The notes: generated from the sequence alone by a model not told the origin. Positions 40,701 through 56,196 are shown, numbered from the stretch's first letter. The stretch is DNA of 64,000 nucleotides from Eledone cirrhosa (GCA_964016885.1 OZ024741.1:992001-1056000); one strand, 5' to 3'. A program made the numbers and translations.

Positions 40701-42030
40701 GTGGTTCAGTAGATTGTGGTGGTGGTGGTGGTGTACAGGAAGAGAAGGTGTGTATTGTTAACAGAATTAATTGGTCAACATTGAAGTAATGGCCAGACAA
40801 ACAGGAAGTAAAAATATTAGCAAACATTATGGAGGTGGCGTTGGGGTCGCATAAGGAGAGGGGTGGATGGGGGTGTTAAAACATTAGCAAACATGGTGGA
40901 GGAGGAGGTGGTGGTGGGGGTCGTATGGAGTGAGGGGTGGAGGAGGAGGTGGTGGTGGGGGTCGTATGGAATGAGGGGTGGAGGAGGAGGTGGGGGGGGG
41001 TCGTATGAAGTGAGGGGAGGAGGTGGTGGTGTTGGAGTCGTGTGAATGGTGGGTGGAGGAGGGGGTGGTGGTGGTGGCGGTGATGGGGAAGTCGTATGAA
41101 GGGAGGAGTGTGTTAATGGGGAAAGTTGAAATAGGCGACAATGAAAGGAGCGTGGGTAGCAAAAGGATTGGTTGTGACTGCACAATATTTGCATGTGTGT
41201 GTATGTGTGTATGTGTGTGTGTATATGTATGAGTGTGTGTGTGAATGTGTGTGTTAGTGGGTGTGTATGTGTGTGTGTGTGTGTGAGAGTGTGTGTGTGT
41301 ATGAGTGTGTATGTGTGCGTTTGTGGGAGAGTGTGTATATATATGTATGTGTGTGTGTGAGTTTGTGAATATGTGCGTTTTGTGTGCGAGTGAGATTTTG
41401 TGTATCTGTGCATATATAAGCACGTGTATGCATATATATATGCACAGATACACACAATCTCACTCGCACATACTCACAAACTCACACACACACATATACA
41501 TACACACTCTCTATATATGCACGTGTATGCATATATATATGCATGTGTATGCATATGTATGTGTATGCCCATGCATGTGTATGCGTATGTATGTATATAT
41601 ATATACATGTGTATGCAAGTGTATAGATACATGCATATGTATATATGTATGTATGCGTATATATACTTGCACGTGTGTTTGTATGTGTATATTTCATATG
41701 TGAATGTATGCATATGTGCTTGTATACATATGTATATGTTTACATGTATGTATATGCGTGCGTCTGTGGATGTTTTTCGGGATGTATGTGTTTATGTATG
41801 CATGTATAGATACATGATGTGCGTATATGTATGAATGTATATGTATATGGATTCGTATGCATACGTATGCGTGCAAGCATGTATGTTTATGTATGTATGT
41901 TTGTATATACATAGATAAGTATGTATTTATATATGTGTACGTGTCTTTGTATGTCTGTGTGTATATATACATAGCCGCGCATGTCAACGAACAAACAAAC
42001 AAAAGAAAATAATAACCTTTTGTCATGACC

Positions 42031-42123
<93 letters not shown>

Positions 42124-43253
42124 CGATAACTCGTTGTGGGGTCGTAGGCGCACCGTCATTCGGCGTGTCTAGGGCACATTTAACACACACACATGAATAC
42201 ACACACACATATATATATATGTATGTGTTTGTGTGTGTGTGTGTATGTGTATGTGTGTATCAGGTGGCTCCTCACCGCTACTAGTAACATGTAACCCAGA
42301 ACGACCTGTGCATGGTCGGGTCGTCGGCGACTTACCCGGCAACCCCACCAAGTTTGTTTGGTGAGCGGTTGCATTTTGACACCCTGCAGGATGAAAAACA
42401 AAATCCGTCAAATAATAGTTATTATTATCACTATTTGTACAAATATGCAACTTAACAATATTCTGCATATCCGCAATTGACAATCTAAACTATAATAAAG
42501 GAAGGTCTGCGGGATTGCGTACGGTTTATTTTTTTTATCCCGTTTTTAACATAAGTTGAATTACTTTGAATAAATAACGAATAAATATTACATAATTTAT
42601 CTACTAAATTTCGTGGCTATTCATTAAATATATTTTGTTCATTTAAAGATTCACTTCTTTAAAATTTCTGAAATGTCAACACTTCCGGTGGGGATCGCTT
42701 AAATAAACATACTAATTTTCTGTCACTAATTTTCTCCTAATGCAGTTTATATATAACTAGCAGCTGAGCTCGGTTGCACCCAGGGCCACTTTTTATTAAG
42801 TTAATAATTTGAAAAATATTATTGAAAGTTTATTATAAAGAACCGTGTGTATGTATTTGTGTGTGCGTATGTATATATATGTGTATGTTCGTCGGCGCAT
42901 ACGTATGTACTGGCCTAAATCTTCACTATTTACTTTTACTATTTTAATAACCTCTGTCATTTTCGTTTACAATTTTATTTACATCATTCTTAAACTCCGG
43001 GGCTGGAAATCATTCGGTTATTTAAAATAGAATATTAGTCTAACGACTCCATTTATACCATAAACTTGGTCTTGTCTTTGCATGAAATTGTTCTTCTCGG
43101 TCCACATAACGTTTCTCGAAATATTTACTTCTGCGTTTACAGATTGAATTTGTTAGTTTCAGAAGATCCCGTTAATGTTGAAAGCAGCGATTCTTAGCTG
43201 AAACTTTAATCTGTTCTTATAACAAATATATATATACATATATATATAGGTAA

Positions 43254-44103
43254 ATATCTTTAAGTCGTTTGGAAGCCTCGACAATGCAAATGGGTAAATC
43301 TCCGGGTAACAAGATCCGGTGGTGGAGAGAGAGATGTAAGTGGGTGTACGTTGAGATGCGTGGTGTGTATGAGATGTGTAGAAGAATGAAGGAAAGAGTA
43401 TAAAGGATAAAATAAAAATAACAACACGAGAGAGAGTTACCTTGGGAGAGATTTAATAGTCCCTATATATTTCGGATTCACATCCATCAACTGGGGGTTT
43501 TTCCGGGTGGGGGAAAGGTTGTCTGTCGGACAGGTGTGAAACGCGTCCTCCGCTGTTTGTTGTTTTGAATATCTGAGGTATTCGGCAGAGCGCGCGTGCG
43601 CGTGAAATTGGGTCGGTCGGGCAGAGGTCAGCGGCCGAATGAGGCAGTGGGGTGGCGCTAGCTGTCAGTCCATTCTCTGCCTGTTTGTTAACTGTTACTG
43701 TGCGTGTGTGTGCGTGTGTTGTTGTCTCGCTTGAGTGTGTGTGTGTGTGTGCGTGTGTGTGTGCGTGTGCCTTGTTCCTCTGTATTGGCAGTGTAGTATG
43801 TTCGTATGGTGAAATGCTACTGTGTGTGTGTGTGTGTGTGTAGTTGTCTCGTTTGTGTGTGCGTGTGTTGCTGCATCGTTTGTTAGCTTAAACCAGCCAT
43901 CTCATTTCGCTTCTCTCTGATCGGTTGTTTATTTGCGGTTGCAAGCGTTTGATAAAAAGCGTTTCCTTGATACGTAACGTGCCAACGTTTCTTTCAGTCG
44001 CTAGAATTGTGACAATGGGCCTTCCGTCTTTACCCATTTGCATTGTCGAGGTTTCCAAACGACTTAAAGATATATACTTATTATTCCACAATGCTTCAAG
44101 CAA
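43254..44103 (-). mobile_element. Penelope-like 3' fragment (GIY-YIG tail plus degenerate HHR at 43460-43497) with a short inverted duplicate
   Basis: ILATERNVGTLRIKETLFIKRLQPQINNRSE. Reverse complement CCC-CAGTTGA-tGGAT gtga ATCC-GAAA-TATA-TA-GGG. 43254-43298 inverts 44030-44073. Confidence 0.65.
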
Positions 44104-44116
44104 ACTTCAATACTCT

Positions 44117-44206
<90 letters not shown>

Positions 44207-44528
44207 CGTCTTTTGTGTGTGTGTGTGCGGGGACATAAATATATATAACACACAGTCACACGTCCTCTGTGAAAGAGAGAAAGAGACGTTAGGTTGAGGA
44301 AAGGGGAGAGTTGAACAGTGTGTAAAGAATAGATAAATAAATAAAAGTTAAAGTTCCTCACTCTCTTTCTTTCTTTCTTTCTCAAGCCCTCTCTCCCTTT
44401 TTTATCATACCCTCTCTCTCTTTCTCTCGCTCACTCACACCCCCTCTCTCTCTTCCTCTACAGAATGGAGAACAATAAAGAACGCGCAGATCTCTCTCTT
44501 TCTCACTCTCTCTCTCTCTCTTTCTTTA

Positions 44529-45755
<1,227 letters not shown>

Positions 45756-45765
45756 TATATATATA

Positions 45766-45808
<43 letters not shown>

Positions 45809-45917
45809 ACCAGAGTTCGTCGCCATTCTCTCTCTCTATCTAAATATTTTGTACCTCTTTCTGTGTAACGACCTATCTCACTCTCTCTCTCTACATCTCC
45901 CTTTCTCTCTTTAGGTG

Positions 45918-46038
<121 letters not shown>

Positions 46039-46321
46039 TTTTCGTGCTACCAGCCAACCAATATTTATCTAGGGGCCGCATTAACAAAAACTTGAAACTT
46101 TTATGAGTCCAAAACACTCCTGGGAACATAACGCATGTTTGTTCCAAGTTGGAAGAAAATCGGTTGCAAACTGTAGAAGTTCTGTGGGTACGGACATACA
46201 CAAAGCAGCGATTCTTTGCTTAAACTTTTGTATATATATATATAGATAGATATATATATATGTATATGTGTATATATTTGTGTATATATGTATATATGTG
46301 TGTATATATGTATATATGTGT

Positions 46322-46844
46322 GTTTCTACTCCGATTGACTTCAAACTTGCATTTATATATTCCTTGCGGTCTAAAGATATTAACTGCAGCTTTTATTTTT
46401 CAATTTTCTGTTGTTAAAGGGGTGTTAGGCGCCGGTTATCCATCTCCGTCGAGCCCTTATAATATCTGTCTGTATATCTGGCTGTCTGCATAACGACATT
46501 CTGACAAACACGTCGTTGCTGACGTATTATCTTCGATACATTCTCACACACACACACACACATATATACTGATATATACATATATATATGTATATATAAG
46601 TATATATGTGTGTGTGTGTGAGAGAATGTAGCGAAGATAATACGTCAGCAATGACGTGTTTGTCAGAATGTCGTTATGCAGACAGCCAGATATACAGACA
46701 GATATTATAAAGGCTCGACGGAGATGGATAACCGGCGCCTAACACCCGTTTAACAACAGAAAATTGAAAAATAAAAGCTGCAGTTAATATCTTTAGACCG
46801 CAAGGAATATATAAATGCAAGTTTGAAGTCAATCGGAGTAGAAA
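46322..46844. repeat. About 240-bp-arm inverted repeat around a microsatellite spacer
   Basis: 46322-46560 is the reverse complement of about 46608-46844 with few mismatches. Confidence 0.9.
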
Positions 46845-47488
46845 TGTGGATTTGTATAGACTTTGCAAAAATGAGGACACACACACACAGACAACATCAG
46901 TTGTATATATATAGATATATATATAATTATAATTGAATATAAAAGAGAGATAAACACAGATATATACATATATGTGTTCAAATCGTAAGGGACCAGATTT
47001 GTTGAGTTAATTTAAATGTCTAGTAAACTTGGCTGCTATTTTTAGTGGTGTGAGTTTGTGAGACACACTAAGTTCTGATACCATTTGCGTATATATACGC
47101 ACACTATTCAGTTTTCTGATATAATTAGAAGTGAGGAGTTTACTAATTTTTCAGCCACAGATGAGCAACAATTGGTAATCCTCTTCACAATTAATTTGCG
47201 AAACAGCACCGCCAAACGCTGTCTGGGTCTTTGGTAGTTACCACAATTCCGGTTTGTATTTATTTTCTTGATTTATTCTTAAATAGAGTCTGGCAAACCC
47301 TATTGTCCATAGTTAGTATTTTTTTCACCTTAGCGAATCTTGTCCCTTACGATTTGAACACATATATGTATATATCTGTGTTTACCTCTCTTTTATATTG
47401 TTATAATATACGGCTCGGAAAAAATCTATTTCCTTGAGCTATTTCATTGTAAGAGACTATTTTGAGTTTCTAACTCAATATATACCTT

Positions 47489-47571
<83 letters not shown>

Positions 47572-47573
47572 GT

Positions 47574-49649
47574 AGGAGGTGAGTTTTATTGTAGTACAAT
47601 AAAGCAATGCAGATATCGGATAAGAAGCACTCTACAGTTTGTAGGACTGGAGTATACATAATATAAGATCAAAAGATGGTTAAAGGAGTTCCATGTATTT
47701 TATTATGCGCATTTCAAAAACAAACATCATCATGCAATAATATTTGTGTTTTCATCAGATAAAACAGGAGAACATGATATGAAGGCTAAAAAACACTTGT
47801 GGATAGTGCAGTTTTAAATCAACATATGAAAAGTGGTTGTAGATTGATGTGTGATATTGGGAAAAATATTTTATTTAGAGAGGGGGGGGTTGGAAAGGAT
47901 GAAAAAGGGGAGGAGATGAGAGGGAGAGATGGGTGATAGAGAGAAAGAGATAGTTTTTATAACTGAGAGGAGATATATTGTTTTACATAGAGAGGTTGAA
48001 AACCGTTGGAAGATAATGTATAAATTAAAAGAATTTGAAAATTAACGAAGGGAGGATATGTGCGAGGAAAAAATATTTTATTTAGGGAGGGGGGTGGAAA
48101 GGATGAAAAAAGAGGGAGGAGATGAGAGTGAAGGTGGAGAGGGAGAGATGGGTGATAGAGAGAAAGAGATAGTTTTTATAACTGAGAAAAAGATATATTG
48201 TTTTACATAGAGAGGTTGAGAACCGTTGGAAGATAATGTATAAATTTAAAAGATGTATAAACTTAAAAGGACCAACACGGCTCTCTCAGAACTCATATGG
48301 TCCTTGAAAGACAAAAACATTAAATATACCATCTTTTGGAAGAAGGTTTCTTCTGCATCCTCATACTTGAACAGCTCTCTATCTAAAATCTGTAATCTCT
48401 GCCTAAATGAAAAATTTACCATTATCTCTAACCTAGATTCTATAATAAATAGACGTACAGATTTGTTTTCTATCTGCCTGCATAAATTCCATAGGACTTT
48501 TCACAAAGTATACAGTTAATATTCAATTCTTTATCAATTTAGAATCTTTTCTCAAAGGCACATATACATACACCTCTTTAAAATATACCCATCTTCCTAC
48601 CTTACTTTAAAGGGCATTATACACTCTATAATACTTGTTTACTCATTACCCTCTTTCTATCTTCACCTTGTAAAATCCTTCATAACATATACATTTGTTT
48701 TTTTGACGTTAGAATATTCATCCGCAATCATTATTATTTTTTCTCTCTATCATAAAACTTTTTAATCTCAATTTCATCCTTAATTAATTATTTTTTTCTC
48801 CCCATCAACGAACTCATTCTTAATACATATTAACTCTTTATTCGCATATATTATCAATTCCTTCAATATACAAACTTTAACTTCACATTATTTTTCTCAA
48901 ATCCTTCTACACACAAACCTTAATAATTTTTCTCTTCGTTAATTTTGAAATTGCCACAATACTTATCAACATACACTTTTTTTGACGTTAGAATATTCAT
49001 CCACAATTATTATTTTTTCTCTCTATCTTCATACATAAATTCCCTTCGTTAATTTTCAAATTCCTTTAATTTATACATTATCTTCCAACGGTTCTCAACC
49101 TCTCTATGTAAAACAATATATCTTTTTCTCAGTTATAAAAACTATCTCTTCCTCTCTATCACCCATCTCTCCCTCTCCACCTTCACTCTCATCTCCTCCG
49201 CCTTTTTTCATCCTTTCCACCCCCCCTCCCTAAATAAAATATTTTTTCCTCGCACATATCCTCCCTTCGTTAATTTTCAAATTCTTTTAATTTATACATT
49301 ATCTTCCAACGGTTTTCAACCTCTCTATGTAAAACAATATATCTCCTCTCAGTTATAAAAACTATCTCTTTCTCTCTATCACCCATCTCTCCCTCTCATC
49401 TCCTCCCCTTTTTCATCCTTTCCAACCCCCCCCTCTCTAAATAAAATATTTTTCCCAATATCAGACATCAATCTAAAACCACTTTTCATATGTTGATTTA
49501 AAACTGCACTATCCACAAGTGTTTTTTAGCCTTCATATCATGTTCTCCTGTTTTATCTGATGAAAACACAAATATTATTGCATGATGATGTTTGTTTTTG
49601 AAATGCGCATAATAAAATACATGGAACTCCTTTAACCATCTTTTGATCT

Positions 49650-49656
<7 letters not shown>
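47574..49656 (+). mobile_element. Penelope-like element: 5' inverted copy plus GIY-YIG tail plus 3' UTR with HHR, (TA)n-flanked
   Basis: 47659-48245 inverts about 49066-49656. ORF 48253-48519 reads NTALSELIWSLKD..CNLCLNEKFTI..INRRTDL..CLH. Confidence 0.85.
49551..49617 (+). ncRNA. Type I hammerhead (mirror at 47698-47764 minus; homolog at 53428-53495)
   Basis: TTTTAT-CTGATGA-extended stem II-GAAA-TGCGCA-TA-ATAAAA. Palindrome ATGCGCAT, AUA site. Confidence 0.82.
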
Positions 49657-49683
<27 letters not shown>

Positions 49684-49691
<8 letters not shown>

Positions 49692-52680
49692 GACGTAAAA
49701 TAAGAAAGTTAAAAAAATTAAAAGTTAACTTACTAAAATTTTCACTCCAACTAATTAGTTTCTGTAATGGGATAAATATAGTTACATAATATATATAACT
49801 ATAGAGAATTCATTACGTCATCAGGGAGTCTATTCTCAGCTAAGTTCCCAGGCAATGCGCGGACACTAGGAACCCATATAAAAATAATAATTCAGTAGAT
49901 GGAAAGAAGCTAGCGTGGACTAAATTCCGGAGCACTGAAAAAATTTCACTGCCTCTGGTCAGTGGCAGATTCTAAAGAATCCATCACGTGACACCGAGGT
50001 TAATCAGTTAGGAGCGGGGTGGTATTATGACAAGAGCCTACTACTACCATGAAACAGCAGTAAATTTTGGCCAGTTTTGCTCAACAAAAATAATTTGGAG
50101 ATAAATATAGAGAATTAGTACATCTACCAACATATGTGTACAGATGTACACTCATGCTAGCAAATATATAAGTTATGTCATAGTACCTATGTTGTTCTAT
50201 GCAGGTGAATGCAGAACAATGAAAGACGTAAAATAAGAAAATTTTAAAAATTAAAAATTAACTTACTTACTAAAATTTTCACTCCAACTAATTAGTTTCT
50301 GTAATGGGATAAATATAGTTACATAATATATATAACTATAGAGAATTCATTACGTCATCAGGGAGTCTATTCTCAGCTAAGTTCCCAGGCAATGCGCGGA
50401 CACTAGGAACCCATATAAAAATAATAATTCAGTAGATGGAAAGAAGCTAGCGTGGACTAAATTCCGGAGCACTGAAAAAATTTCACTGCCTCTGGTCAGT
50501 GGCAGATTCTAAAGAATCCATCACGTGACACCGAGGTTAATCAGTTAGGAGCGGGGTGGTATTATGACAAGAGCCTACTACTACCATGAAACAGCAGTAA
50601 ATTTTGGCCAGTTGTGCTCAACAAAAATAATTTGGAGATAAATATAGAGAATTAGTACATCTACCAACATATGTGTACAGATGTACACTCATGCTAGCAA
50701 ATATATAAGTTATGTCATAGTACCTATGTGGTTCTATGCAGGTGAATGCAGAACAATTATATGAAAGACGTAAAATAAGAAAATTTAAAAATTTAAAAAT
50801 TAACTTACTTACTAAAATTTTCACTCCAACTAATTAGTTTCTGTAATGGGATAAATATAGTTACATAATATATATAACTATAGAGAATTCATTACGTCAT
50901 CAGGGAGTCTATTCTCAGCTAAGTTCCCAGGCAATGCGCGGACACTAGGAACCCATATAAAAATAATAATTCAGTAGATGGAAAGAAGCTAGCGTAGACT
51001 AAATTCCGGAGCACTGAAACAATTTCACTGCCTCTGGTCAGTGGCAGATTCTAAAGAATCCATCATGTGACACCGAGGTTAATCAGTTAGGAGCGGGGTG
51101 GTATTATGACAAGAGCCTACTACTACCATGAAACAGCAGTAAATTTTGGCCAGTTTTGCTCAACAAAAATAATTTGGAGATAAATATAGAGAATTAGTAC
51201 ATCTACCAACATATGTGTACAGATGTACACTCATGCTAGCAAATATATAAGTTATGTCATAGTACCTATGTGGTTCTATGCAGGTGAATGCAGAACAATT
51301 ATATGAAAGACGTAAAATAAAATTTTAAAAATTAAAAATTAACTTACTAAAATTTTCACTCCAACTAGTTAGTTTCTGTAATGGGATAAATATAGTTACA
51401 TAATATATATAACTATAGAGAATTCATTACGTCATCAGGGAGTCTATTCTCAGCTAAGTTCCCAGGCAATGCGCGGACACTAGGAACCCATATAAAAATA
51501 ATAATTCAGTAGATGGAAAGAAGCTAGCGTGGACTAAATTCCGGAGCACTGAAAAAATTTCACTGCTTCTGGTCAGTGGCAGATTCTAAAGAATCCATCA
51601 CGTGACACCGAGGTTAATCAGTTAGGAACAGGGTGGTATTATGACAAGAGCCTACTACTACCATGAAACAGCAATAAATTTTGGCCAGTTTTGCTCAACA
51701 AATAATTTGGAGATAAATATAGAGAATTAGTACATCTACCAACATATGTGTACAGATGTACACTCATGCTAGCAAATATATAAGTTATGTCATAGTACCT
51801 ATGTGGTTCTATGCAGGTGAATGCAGAACAATTATATGAAAGACGTAACATAAGAAAATTTAAAAAATTAAAAATTAACTTACTTACTAAAATTTTCACT
51901 CCAACTAATTAGTTTCTGTAATGGGATAAATATAGTTACATAATATATATAACTATCGAGAATTCATTACGTCATCAGGGAGTCTATTCTCAGCTAAGTT
52001 TCCAGGCAATACGCGGTCACTAGGAACCCATATAAAAATAATAATTCAGTAGATGGAAAGAAGCTAGCGTGGACTAAATTCCGGAGCACTGAAAAAATTT
52101 CACTGACTCTGGTCAGTGGCAGATTCTAAAGAATCAATCACGTGACACCGAGGTTAATCAGTTAGGAGCGGGGTGGTATTATGACAAGAGCCTACTACTA
52201 CCATGAAACAGCAGTAAATTTTGGCCAGTTTTGCTCAAAAATAATTTGGAGATAAATATAGAGAATTAGTACATCTACCAACATATGTGTACAGATGTAC
52301 ACTCTTGCTAGCAAATATATAAGTTATGTCATAGTACCTATGTGGTTCTATGCAGGTGAATGCAGAACAATTATATGAAAGACGTAAAATAACATTTTAA
52401 AAATTAAAAATTAACTTACTTACTAAAATTTTCTCTCCAACTAATTAGTTTCTGTAATGGGATAAATATAGTTACATAATATATATAACTATAGAGAATT
52501 CATTACGTCATCAGGGAGTCTATTCTCAGCTAAGTTCCCAGGCAATGCGCGGACACTAGGAACCCATATAAAAATAATAATTCAGTAGATGGAAAGAAGC
52601 TAGCGTGGACTAAATTCCGGAGCACTGAAAAAATTTCACTGCCTCTGGTCAGTGGCAGATTCTAAGGAATCAATCACGTG
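49684..52680 (-). repeat. Tandem array of about 540-bp non-coding units (about 5.6 copies), each with a minus-strand hammerhead
   Basis: HHRs start at 49744, 50281, 50823, 51358, 51898 and 52434 (periods 535-542). Units are nearly identical. Confidence 0.95.
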
Positions 52681-53070
52681 ACTATATTTATCCCATTACA
52701 GAAATTTAGTCCACGGAATTTAGTCCACGCTAGTTTCTTTCCATCTACTGAATTATTATTTTTATATGGGTTCCTAGTGTCCGCGCATTGCCTGGGAACT
52801 TAGCTGAGAATAGACTCCCTGATGACGTAATGAATTCTCTATAGTTATATATATTATGTAACTATATTTATCCCATTACTGAAACTAATTAGTTGGAGTG
52901 AAAATTTTAGTAAGTTAATTTTTAATTTTTAAAATTTTCCTATTTTACGTCTTTCATATAATTGTTCTGCATTCACCTGCATAGAACCACATAGGTACTA
53001 TGACATAACTTATATATTTGCTAGCATGAGTGTACATCTGTACACATATGTTGGTAGATGTACTAATTCT
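52681..53070 (+). repeat. Inverted partial copy of the 540-bp unit
   Basis: Reverse complement of the array unit, followed by (CT)n(TA)n. Confidence 0.9.
52814..52899 (+). ncRNA. Type I hammerhead ribozyme of the 540-bp repeat
   Basis: ACTCC-CTGATGA-c GTAATG [internal hairpin ATAGTTA/TAACTAT] CATTAC t-GAAA-CTAATTAG-TT-GGAGT. Palindrome ACTAATTAGT, GUU site. Confidence 0.85.
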
Positions 53071-53073
53071 CTC

Positions 53074-53655
<582 letters not shown>

Positions 53656-53657
<2 letters not shown>

Positions 53658-53848
53658 ACGAAGGAAGTGTGGGAAGGAACCAGGTGGACCATAGCGCACC
53701 AGAGTACTCGATACTTAAGGTAGTAGAGAGGGTAATAGGAAATGAATCAGGACCCCGACGGCTGTTTCGACAGCTAGATATGAACGCATTCAGACCTAGA
53801 TATCGATACGGCCGGAACTCAGCCGTCGGGGTCCTGACTCTTTTCCTA
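53656..53848 (+). mobile_element. Family F copy 4 (diverged)
   Basis: Core as at 8011 and 22265. Imperfect terminal hairpin. Confidence 0.75.
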
Positions 53849-53856
53849 TATATTTA

Positions 53857-54502
53857 TCTATATATATATAAAGTTGTATTTCCAGTCTTTTTGTTTGTTT
53901 GTTCGCGAACTACTCCTATGGTTTTGGAGATAGACCCCCATACCCATATATATTCTGAAACTACATTGCCCAGGGTACTTGTATAAGTATATTTCATTTT
54001 AATCAAAGGGTTCTCCGGGAGCATAAACGCCCCCGCTGAAAATTGTTTCCCTTCGATTTATATGAAATTTAAACCATAGGTAAATGACAAGATATGTTGC
54101 CTATTCACAAAATTTTTGAATTGATATTTCGAAAAAAATTATTTACAGGAAACAAAATAAGAATAAGATTTAATAATGTAACTTCGATTTGATATTTTAC
54201 AAAAAAATAATTGTTTCTACGTTTGGCACAAGGCCAGCAATTACCCAGAGCATTACTGGTACTTTATTTTATCGACCCCGTAAGGATGAAAGGCAAAGTT
54301 AACCTCGGCGGGATTTGAACTCAGAATGGCAAGGGCCGTAAAAAAAATAATGTTTTCCAATTTTTCATGCATTACATTTCATATTGAGTAATATTGAAAT
54401 ACAGAGTTTTTCTCCATAAATTATATCACTGATTTAAAATTAATCATCATTTTCTTCCAAAAATATGTGTGAAACGCAGCAAGGCGTGGGTAATTCGGCT
54501 AG
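53857..54502 (+). mobile_element. Non-autonomous Helitron containing a SINE fragment (54211-54340, minus)
   Basis: A|TCTATATATATATAAAG start; ACGC agcaag GCGT hairpin then CTAG|T. Confidence 0.6.
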
Positions 54503-54953
54503 TATATATATATATGTGTGTGTGTATGTATGCCTTTGTTACATGTCACAAACAATGGCCTATCCAGATAAACACATAGACACGTGCACACACATACAAA
54601 CACAATAGACACGGAGATACACTGCCCAGCCACATTCCCCTTATCTCCCTCCCCCGTAAACATATTCGCACACAGCTATCTCCTCCCATTCATATACACA
54701 TACACACATACACACACATACCCTCCAACAGACAACTAAACACAACACAGACCTAATGATAAGGTTTGTTTATATTCGCTGTTAAATGGAATATAACAAC
54801 GGTTCTATGGTTTTAAATCTGATTTACATTTTAGAAGATTTCTCACCAATTTATATTCTCAAAACGCTCATTTGCATATTTAAGGGACCAATTTACATAT
54901 TTAAATGTTTTTTTAAATTTACCATTAGAAAACAACTTCTCCATCAATAATTA

Positions 54954-55320
54954 ACCACCACCACCACCACCACCACCTCCACCACCACCACAAACAACAA
55001 CCACAACAACAATGCGGCCGTCGCTACCACCACCACCACCTCCACCACCACCACAAACAACAACAACAACAACAATGCGGCCGTCGCTACCACCTCCACC
55101 ACCACCACAAGCAACAACAACAACCACAACAACAATGCGGCCGTCGCTACCACCACCACCACCACCACCACCACCACAAACAACAACCACAACAACAATG
55201 CGGCCGTCGCTACCACCACCACCACCACCACCACCACCACCACAAACAACAACAACAACAACAATGCGGCCGTCGCTACCACCACCACCACCACCACCAC
55301 CACCACCACCAGCAACAACA
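54954..55320 (+). repeat. Composite minisatellite of 60-66 bp: (ACC)n(ACA)n-ATGCGGCCGTCGCT x5
   Basis: The invariant 14-mer recurs at about 55012, 55075, 55135, 55198 and 55264. Confidence 0.9.
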
Positions 55321-55917
55321 ACTATGACAATCTTACAATCAGGTAAAACTTGCTAGAAATAGCAGCGAAATCTCGCTGAATTAACATCCATAGGAAAGGG
55401 AATGACACATTAGATAATGTTTGAAAAAATAGGGTGGGTGGGTAGGTGGTAACAGCTAGAAAACCTTTCGATTATTGGATTAGTTTATCAGATGTGATCG
55501 GCAGTGAAACAACATCTACAACAACAGTTACAACAACAACATCAGCAACAGCAACAACACTGCAATAAAAGTAACTACACCACCACCAACAACAGCAACG
55601 TCATCATCCTTCCCAACAAGAGCATCAAAAACATGACAGCGTATAAAGCAATATCTTCATTTCCATCAATTATATGCTGTAACGTCGTCACTTCCGGTAA
55701 CGGTTGTATTTTCTTCACGTGGCAGACATGTTTAACTTGAATCTTTCAATATTACAGAGTTTATTTACTGTGGTGAAAACCATGCTAATGAATGCTTTAA
55801 ATTATATATTATTTTTGTTGTCATTGTTTGTTTTTTTGCTGCTGCTGTCGTTGTTGTTGTTGCTGTTGCTGCTGTTGTTGCTGATGTTGTCGTTGTTGTT
55901 GTAGTTGTTGTTGCTGA

Positions 55918-55948
<31 letters not shown>

Positions 55949-56069
55949 GCTGCTGCTGCTGCTGATGATGATGATGTTGTTGTTGTTGGTGTTGTTGTTG
56001 TTATCGTATTCGTTAAAAATAAGCGATTATTTTCTTCCTTGTATTTATTATTCATTGTTTAGATTTACT

Positions 56070-56144
<75 letters not shown>

Positions 56145-56196
56145 ACTCTCTCCCTCTCTCTCTCTCTTTCTCTCTCTCTTTATCTATCTATCTATG

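Noticed and set aside
40817-41455. 212-aa Pro/His-rich ORF
   Set aside because: It is composed of (CA)n and GGA/GGT-rich simple repeats with no domain evidence.
49684-52680. CRISPR-like array, or repeated small ORFs (50618-50824, 51639-51899)
   Set aside because: Whole units repeat with no unique spacers and no cas genes. The ORFs are broken by indels in sibling units.
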